Source of the DNA: a virus
Taxonomy: Duplodnaviria > Caudoviricetes
Length of the DNA stretch: 64,000 nt
IMG/VR virus record: IMGVR_UViG_3300036824_000037
Coordinates: 1-64,000 of that record
Direction: 5' to 3' (one strand)
Below are positions 56,988-64,000 of the stretch, piece by piece. The position numbers were made by a program, and so were the translations under genes. The notes under the pieces were generated by a model. It saw only the letters and a list, made by a program, of their open reading frames with translations, was not told where the DNA came from and searched no databases. The number at the start of each line of letters is the position of its first letter. Position 1 is the first letter of the stretch.

Positions 56988-59900
56988 CCACCTACCCCGC
57001 CGAGCCGACCGGCCTCGAGCAGGCCGAAGCGCTCGCCGCCGACAACCCGATCCCCGCCGAGCTGCGCAAGCAGATCGGGAACTGGATCGAACCGCAGACC
57101 ATGAACACGGAAACGAAGCACCGCGACGCCATGGCCTGCGTTGACATCGCGTACCCGCTGATCCGCGCGTACATCGGCGAACGCGAGCGCCTCGTTCACG
57201 ACGACCCGCAGCTGGCGCAGCAGATCCGGGAGGGTGTCGCGGACGCCGAGCGGGGCGACACCGTCTACCTCGGGTCGTTCGCGCAGTTCCTCGACGAGCC
57301 GGCGGCCGATGCCTGACCCCGACGCGGAGCTGCGCCGCATGCAGCGCCCGTTCACACCCGCCTACTACCGCGCTGACCTCGGTCCGCGCCGGGAGGACGG
57401 CACCCCGTACAACCTGCCGCCCGCGTACTACTGCCTAACGGAGTCCATCGCGAGGTCGTGGTTTCCGTCGTGGCCGTACGACGTCGTGCGGCTGCGCGTC
57501 GAGGAAGACGATGCCTGACCGGGTCGGCCGCTGGGTCGAGCCGCCGATCCTGCCCGAGGTCGACGCGCCGGCCCCGGACCTGATCCAAGTGCCGGGCGCG
57601 CAACTCTGGCGGCGCCTGAACGTCGAGGCGCACAACAAGGCCAGCCGTGGCGGCCACACCGAGTTCGTGGTCCTCGCCCGGGCGCCGCTACCCGACGGGT
57701 CCTGGGCGGTCCTCGCGGCGTGGCAGGGGGCGTGGCGGCAACCGGGCGGGCGAACCACGGGCAAGGCGCGCTTCGGGTGGGTGCGGCTGCTCGAAGACCG
57801 GGTCACGCCCGCGACCCCGCCGCCGGGCCTGGTCGCCCGTGAGGGCTTCGAATGGCACGGGTGGGCGCAGAGCAGCCAAATCGCCGAGGCGGTACGGCAG
57901 GCGGCCGCGCTGCTGCCGGAGTACCTGCGCGCTGCGGCGCTGACGCCGAAACCGGCCGTGCCGGACGACGAACTTCCTTGACGGGGAAGTGCGAAAAACG
58001 ATCCCTTGCGCCCATCGCCGCAGGTCGCTACTTGACGACTTGATGCGCCTGGCGCGCGTCACAATGAGCGGGTGACAACCGAACAGCCCGGGGCGCCGCG
58101 TTCCCGATCGTGGCGATGGACCCTGCCAGCGGCCTCGACAGCCCGCTGATCTCCGGTGTGCGGGAACCGGACGGCACGTTCCGCCTCGACCAAGAGGCCA
58201 GAAGCGGCCTGGGGATCTCGTGCACGGTGTTCGACGCTGCGGGCAACCCGGTCGGCGGCGAGTTCCAGATCGACCGGGCCACCTACGCCGAACTGGTCGG
58301 GCGCCTACACGGGCCGGTGCGCGAAGCCGCCGAGGCGCTGAGTCGGGCCATGGAGCCCATCGCGGCCGCCACCGAGACGATGGGGAGCCTGACCGAGCGG
58401 CTGATCGCGTCCGTGATGAACGCGCGGCCCGAGCCGCGGGACTTGGTGATCGAACTCACGGCGGACACCACGCAGTTCGCCGAAGCGCTGATGCAGATGG
58501 GCGCGTCGCGGCGACTGGCGCCGGCGCCCGCGGCCTCACGCGGCCCGACCCGGTTCGACGACGACCGCGACATGTCCGCCGCGGTCCCGCTCACCGACGC
58601 CGACCGGGACTGGAAGTCCTACGGCAACACCTGCGCCCACGTGTGCGGCGCTGATCCGGGGCACGCGTGCGACGCCCGTGCGACCACGACCCTGAAGCAT
58701 CCGCTGCCCTCGGGCGGGGTGCGGGACCTGCCGCTGTGCTCGCCGTGCGCGCAGGCCGAGGCTGCGGACAGCGACCCGGCGCCAACGGAACCGCCCCCGA
58801 TCGCGGTCGCTGAGCGCTCGATGGATCTCGACGAGATGCTCGAGCACTTCTCGCGACTGCGCCCGGCCTCGGACTTCCTCGTCCCCGCGGACGCGGCCCA
58901 GCCGGTTGTGCCGCCCGGCCGCGTGTCCACGGTCTGCGCCGGACTGCCCCTCGACGACGAACACCGGCAGGTGCTGGACGCGTACCGTGAGGCGCACCGG
59001 GGAGCGGCCGGGATGCCCTGGACCGGCGAGACACTGAGCGACGCGATGGTGAACGCGGCCGTGGACTGGTGGAACCGGGAGCACGCGGAGGCTGGTGATG
59101 AGTGACGACGACCACGAAGACCTGGACGCCCTCACCCGCGCGGAACTCGCCGAACTCGACGGCCCCGCATCCACCGTCGCGACCGTGCTCGACGAGTGGA
59201 ACCACCGGCTGCACGGGCTGACGTCCAGCAGCCACGGCGCCGGCCTGTTCCTCGACCTGCTCGCGGCGGAAGGCTGGCGGGTCACGCCGATCAACGCCCC
59301 GGACCTTGACGGCCTGCTCGCCGCGCCACGGCCGATGGCCTCGGTCGAGTTCCCGCCGGACACCACCGACGAGGAGATAATCCGGTTCCGGGTCGCGTGG
59401 ACCGAAGCCGGCGGTGGGCCGCTTCAGCTCAAGCGTGAAGGCGACCAGCGACCGTTCACGGGTGTGCAGGTGCCCTCGGAGCCGGTGCGGGTCACGTACT
59501 TAGCGGGCGTCAGCGAAGAGGAACTTGAGCGGGCGCGGCAGGCCGTGCTCGAATCCGCGACCGCGGTACTGCGCGAACAGCAGGCGGCGAGCGATGACTG
59601 AACGGTTCACGGCCCCCATATCCGGCCTGTACCACCTGCCGATATCCGACACCCCGCACCTGGCCTCGGAGTGCACCGACACCTGCCAGACGGTCGGCGG
59701 CCCGTTCACGGCACTGCCCGGCACCTACCAGCAGATCACGCTCGACAGCGACCCACGCCCCGAGCCGCGAGCCCACCAGTACGTAGTCGGCGGACTGCCG
59801 CACGACCCGACACCCGAACAACTCGCGGCCATCGCATCCGGCGACTGGCCGATCCGGCAGCCGGACGACGCCCGGCGCGAGGCAGCTGATGATGACTGAC

Positions 59901-61915
59901 GCGGACGAGCTGACTGCGGCACGGCGATGGGCGTCAGCGCGGACTGCCGAGGATGCGGCGCGGCGGATGGAGAAGCTGGCCGAGGATCTGGAGCGGGTGA
60001 TCCTGTCAATGCCGGACACGGACAAGGACCGGGAACGGTGCGACGCGGCGGCCCTGGCCTATCGGGAGTCGGCCAGGATCGTGCGGGAAGAGGGCGGGGA
60101 CGTCGATGGCTGACGATCTGGACGCGGCGGTCCGTGCGTGGCTTACCCCGGTGCCGACGGTCGAGCCGTGGGGCGAGTGGATGCGCCGCAGCCACGCCGC
60201 GCTGATCGCCGTGCTCGACCTGCACCAGCCGCAGTGGAACGGCGGCAAACGAATCTGCTGGCACTGCGTCTACCCCATGGGCGGCGACAACGTGGACTGG
60301 CCATGCGAAACGGTCGAGTCGATCGCGAAGGAACTCGGCGTGGAGGTGGCCGGCCCCGACGCGCCGCACCCGGTCACGTCCGCGGACATGGCCGCCGGAT
60401 TCAAGGCGATGGACGCGGCAGGCCTGCGGCTGTTCGGGCCGAAGGAGACGGACGGTGGCTGACGGCCTCGCCGTGTTCCTGCGCCAACGCTACGAGCAGG
60501 AGGCGGGCACCGCGCGGTTCGCGACGCAGTACAACTCCGGGACCTGGCGCCTGATGGCGAGCTGCACCATCGACATGGGCGTGCGGGTCGACGACGACGG
60601 CGACGCCTGGGGCGGCACGTTCGCCACCGACTCGGACCCCGGGGCCGCGCAGCACATCCTCGACTGGCAGCCCGCGCGAGTGCTGCGCACGGTCGCCGCC
60701 AAGCAGCGGCGCCTGGAGTTGCACTCGACCGCCGGGGACACGTGCCGGGTGTGCGCGACCGTGTGGCCGTGCGAGACGCTGCTGCTCGACGCGGCCGAGT
60801 ACGCGGGCGAGGACGGGTGGTGCGCGGCGTGGGCGCCGGCGGAGTTCACTGAGCGCCCGGACGTGGTCGTCGCGGGCGAGGTCGTACGCAGGGAGCTGAC
60901 GGCATGAGCGAGCTAGTCGAGGACGAGTGGAGGCTGGCGTGAGCCTGGAAGAGATCGAGCGGGAGATCGACGACCTCGGACTGCGCGACGAGGTCGAAGC
61001 CGCAGCGGCCGAGTACGCCGCCCTGCAACAGCCCGTGTACTGGCCCGGACTGGGCGAGATATCGCTGCTCGCCGCACAGATGTTGTCGGCGCCGTCCCTG
61101 CGGATCGGCAGCCCGGCCGGCAAGTGCTACACGGTTGGCGAGTCGCTCGTGCACGTCAAGCCCGACTGCCGCTGCCCCAAGAGGCGGCGGTGACCTGGCC
61201 GCTGCGCCTGCTGGTGCGTGCGCTGCGCCGACGACGCCACCGGGAGGCAGCGGGCCGGGTCCGGGCGCTTGAGGTCGCGCTGGGCCTGATCGAGCCGGAC
61301 TTCGTCGAGCTGCACGCGGACCCGGACCTGATCGACTGGGGTCACGGCCGGCGCGCACGCAAGCAGCGGGAGCGGTACGTGTGGCCGGAGAAGGGCGGCT
61401 ACACCGCCGGGAACGTGTCCGTGAGCGAGATGGGGCCGCTTCCCGAGGTGCTGATGCGGCCCGGACTCGGGTCGCGCACTGGGACGGGTCAGCGTTCGCC
61501 GAAGGGCGTCGCCAGGCCGCCGCTGGTCACGGAGCAGCAGGAGACTCCGCCGGCCGCGACGTACGTGCCGGAGCGGTGAGTTGTCGCCACCCGCTGGCAG
61601 GATGAGCGCATGGAGACCGCGACCGCTGGCACCGTCCCCTTCGAGCACGACGGCCTTGACTGGGCGATCCCGCGAGACCTCATCGACGCGCAGGTCGAGT
61701 GGGACCGCGCCCACGCCGCGTGCACCCGTCTCGCCGACGGCGGCGACCGGGCGCAGTACGAGCGGATGCGGACCCGCAGACTCGGGATCACGCTCTACCT
61801 GCACCGCCACCCATGGCTGATCGACCACATGGCGGCGGGGCGCAGGCATCAGGCGGATCAGGCGCTCAAGGCGTGCGCGCGGGTATCGGATCCAACTTTC
61901 GGCCCTCAGGCTTGA
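56984..61915 (+). other. About 12 plus-strand hypothetical phage CDSs including a DUF6221-like gene (60455-60907)
   Basis: Coupled ORFs; 60455-60907 has LAVFLRQR...HILDWQPARVLR.VAAK...PCETL. Confidence 0.55.
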
Positions 61916-62032
61916 AGTCGAAGGCCTTCAGTTCAACTTCCCTTCGGTATCGTCGTATGTGGCGTCGCGCGACGCCCACGTTCGACATCCCGACCCGGGC
62001 GCGGTGCCGGCCAAGGCCCTCTGGGTCCGCGC

Positions 62033-62065
62033 AGAACGGCGCCCTACCCCCGTAGGGCGCCGTTC
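62033..62065. terminator. Strong hairpin between convergent gene blocks
   Basis: GAACGGCGCCCTAC-CCCC-GTAGGGCGCCGTTC. Confidence 0.7.
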
Positions 62066-62428
62066 GCGTTCCCCCGAAGACGGCAGCGCCGCCCCCCAAT
62101 CAGCGAGGGGCGGCACCTGCTCAACCCCGGTCGAGCGCCCTACGCGGCCCACGGTAGCGCCGAGTGGCCGTCGCCGAACGGTGGCGTGCGCGAGCGAACC
62201 CCCGAAGTGTCCGGGCGGACAGCCCAAGTGGCCCGTCGGACAGGTTCGGACAGTCTCGGGCGGCGCGCGCAACAACTGGAAACAACTCGCCGACCTGCGC
62301 GGACGCCCCGGGAGGTGCGGTAGGCTGACGGCGCAACAACGCCTGGCGCAGAAGCGGCCCCGGTGGCGACCCGGGGCCGCTGTCGCTTTTCCGGGTGAAC
62401 TCCCAATCCGGGACCTACTAGTCGGTAG

Positions 62429-62848
62429 CTAGTAGTTGGCCCGCGCCTTCGATTCCAGTGCCGCGAACTCGCCCCGCCAGAACGCCGCCAGCAGCCGCTC
62501 GCGCGCCTCGGCCGAGGTCGCCACCTCGCCCCACCGGTCCGCGTGCGTACCCCGCTCGACCCGCCCGGCCCTGACGTCCGCCCACAGCCGGTCCAGCGCC
62601 GCGTCCAGCAGGTCCTGCGCCTCCGCCTCGACCAGCGCCACCACGTCGACCGCGAACGACACCTCGCGCCCGACCCGGTCCCACGCGTACGCGTACACCT
62701 TCACCAGTGCCTCGTCCGCGATCGCGTGGACCGTCTCCAGGGGCGCTGGCAGCCACGACAACGAGACGCGGGCGCCCCCGGCGTCGGTGACGTACGCGCT
62801 GGCGTAGACGACCGTCGCGGTCAGCTCCCGGCGCCGACGTCGGCGCAT
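62429..62848 (-). CDS. Hypothetical protein
   Basis: ATG 4 nt after the cold-shock gene stop; coding-like helical sequence. Confidence 0.5.
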   Translation of the reverse strand: MRRRRRRELTATVVYASAYVTDAGGARVSLSWLPAPLETVHAIADEALVKVYAYAWDRVGREVSFAVDVVALVEAEAQDLLDAALDRLWADVRAGRVERGTHADRWGEVATSAEARERLLAAFWRGEFAALESKARANY

Positions 62849-62852
62849 GGCG

Positions 62853-63053
62853 TCAGGCGAGACGGATGTTCGCCGCCTGCAAACCTTTCTGCCCCTTCTC
62901 CACATCAAATTCGACGCGTTGCCCCTCCGCCAGTTCGCGGAACCCGTCCGCCTGGATCGCTGAGTAGTGCGCGAACACATCCGAGCCGTTGTCCACGGCG
63001 ATGAAGCCGTAGCCCTTCTCGGCGTTGAACCACTTGACCGTGCCGGTTGCCAT
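62853..63053 (-). CDS. cspA: Cold-shock protein
   Basis: [18 protein letters not shown]...DVFAHYSAI...EGQRVEF. Confidence 0.95.
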   Translation of the reverse strand: MATGTVKWFNAEKGYGFIAVDNGSDVFAHYSAIQADGFRELAEGQRVEFDVEKGQKGLQAANIRLA

Positions 63054-63111
63054 GACGCTGCCTTCTCGTGCAGTGATCTGTTTCACCGAGTATGCCCTGC
63101 CTGTGCGCCCG

Positions 63112-64000
63112 TCAGCCGCGCACGAACCCCGTCACCAGTTGCGGCAGCGACGCGTCGAACCCCGCGACCGCGAGCACCCCCGGGTCGCGCGGGTCGCCGA
63201 TCGAATGCCCGGCCGCCGTCATCGACGCGACCACCAGCCGCGCCGCCGGATTGACCGCCGCGCGGTACGCCGCGAGCTCCTGCACCGGATGCGAACCGCC
63301 CTGCCACGTCTCGTTGTCCGTGAGCGCCAGCACCCCGTCCACCGCGAGCCCCTGCCGGCACGCCCACGAGAACGGCAGCGCGAGGTTCGTGCCGCCGCCC
63401 GACGGACGCCACGACGCGATCTCCCGCAGGTTCGTGCGCGCAGTGACCCGCGAGGCGTGCACGGAGGTGTCCACGTCGATGACGTGCGCGTTGCCGCGCT
63501 CGATCCGCGCCATGATGACCGCCATCGCGCACCCGACCTCGTACGGCGACCCGATCGGCGAACCGCCGACCGTGACCGCCGCGCCCCAGGCGCCGGACAT
63601 GGATCCGCTGGAGTCCACCGCGACCAGCAGGCGCCGGCCGGAGGGCTGCACGTGCCCGAAGGAGAGCTCGTACGCCTCCTCCAGTGCGTCGCTGATCGCC
63701 GGGACCGGCGCCCACGTCTGTACGGGCACCTTCGGGTTGGGCTGCGAGCGCCCGGAGCCGTAGACCCGCAGCGCGAGGAACACGTCCAGCGGGTGGATGC
63801 GCCCGGCCGCGAGCGCCGACTGGTCGGTCAGCCGGGCTGCGGCGCGCCGGGTCGCGTCGCCCATGGGCTTCAGCGCCCCGATCCGGGTCATCCGCGCCAG
63901 GTTGCGGATCAGCGCGGTCATCCCGACCGTGTCGACCAGCGCCTCCCACACCTGCGGCGAGGTGAGCACGGCGTCGGGCAGGAACTCCCACGGCACGCCG
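63112..64000 (-). CDS. Ro60/Rsr TROVE + vWA protein, 5'-truncated by the window
   Basis: [46 protein letters not shown] and GFDA. Confidence 0.92.
   Translation of the reverse strand, partial: GVPWEFLPDAVLTSPQVWEALVDTVGMTALIRNLARMTRIGALKPMGDATRRAAARLTDQSALAAGRIHPLDVFLALRVYGSGRSQPNPKVPVQTWAPVPAISDALEEAYELSFGHVQPSGRRLLVAVDSSGSMSGAWGAAVTVGGSPIGSPYEVGCAMAVIMARIERGNAHVIDVDTSVHASRVTARTNLREIASWRPSGGGTNLALPFSWACRQGLAVDGVLALTDNETWQGGSHPVQELAAYRAAVNPAARLVVASMTAAGHSIGDPRDPGVLAVAGFDASLPQLVTGFVRG

Noticed and set aside
61916-62428. Y RNA or protein gene in the gap downstream of the Ro60-csp block
   Set aside because: Only a terminator-like hairpin was recognised; no convincing T-arm/acceptor module, and the ORFs look non-coding. 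A covariance search would be needed.

Overview
High-GC actinomycete temperate phage or phage-plasmid. All family calls come from recalled motifs, not database searches. 1-19.2 kb (minus strand) is a virion morphogenesis operon: late regulator, TerS, TerL, portal, a 2H-phosphoesterase/MuF fusion, protease/scaffold, major capsid, head-tail adaptor, a protamine-like protein and a truncated tail tube gene. 19.5-41.2 kb is an actinomycete plasmid/AICE-like region: NUDIX plus TPR regulator, STAS and RsbW-like proteins, an orphan FxSxx-COOH RiPP precursor, TraB/FtsK, an Spd-like membrane protein, an excisionase-type HTH and a KorSA-like GntR. 41.4-44.0 kb holds Prim-Pol, a P-loop replication protein and an iteron origin. 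44-64 kb is accessory genes: toxin-antitoxin pair, Thg1-like, Glu-less IrrE, Lsr2, cold-shock protein and Ro60/TROVE. The standout is a self-contained minus-strand cassette at 45.9-47.6 kb: a solo RAMP/Cas7-like gene, a partner gene and a ~560-nt array of (GGY-NN) pentamers split into units by 11 GGCAGGY delimiters. It looks like a non-CRISPR RNA-guided system. No integrase, rRNA, complete tRNA or canonical CRISPR array was seen.
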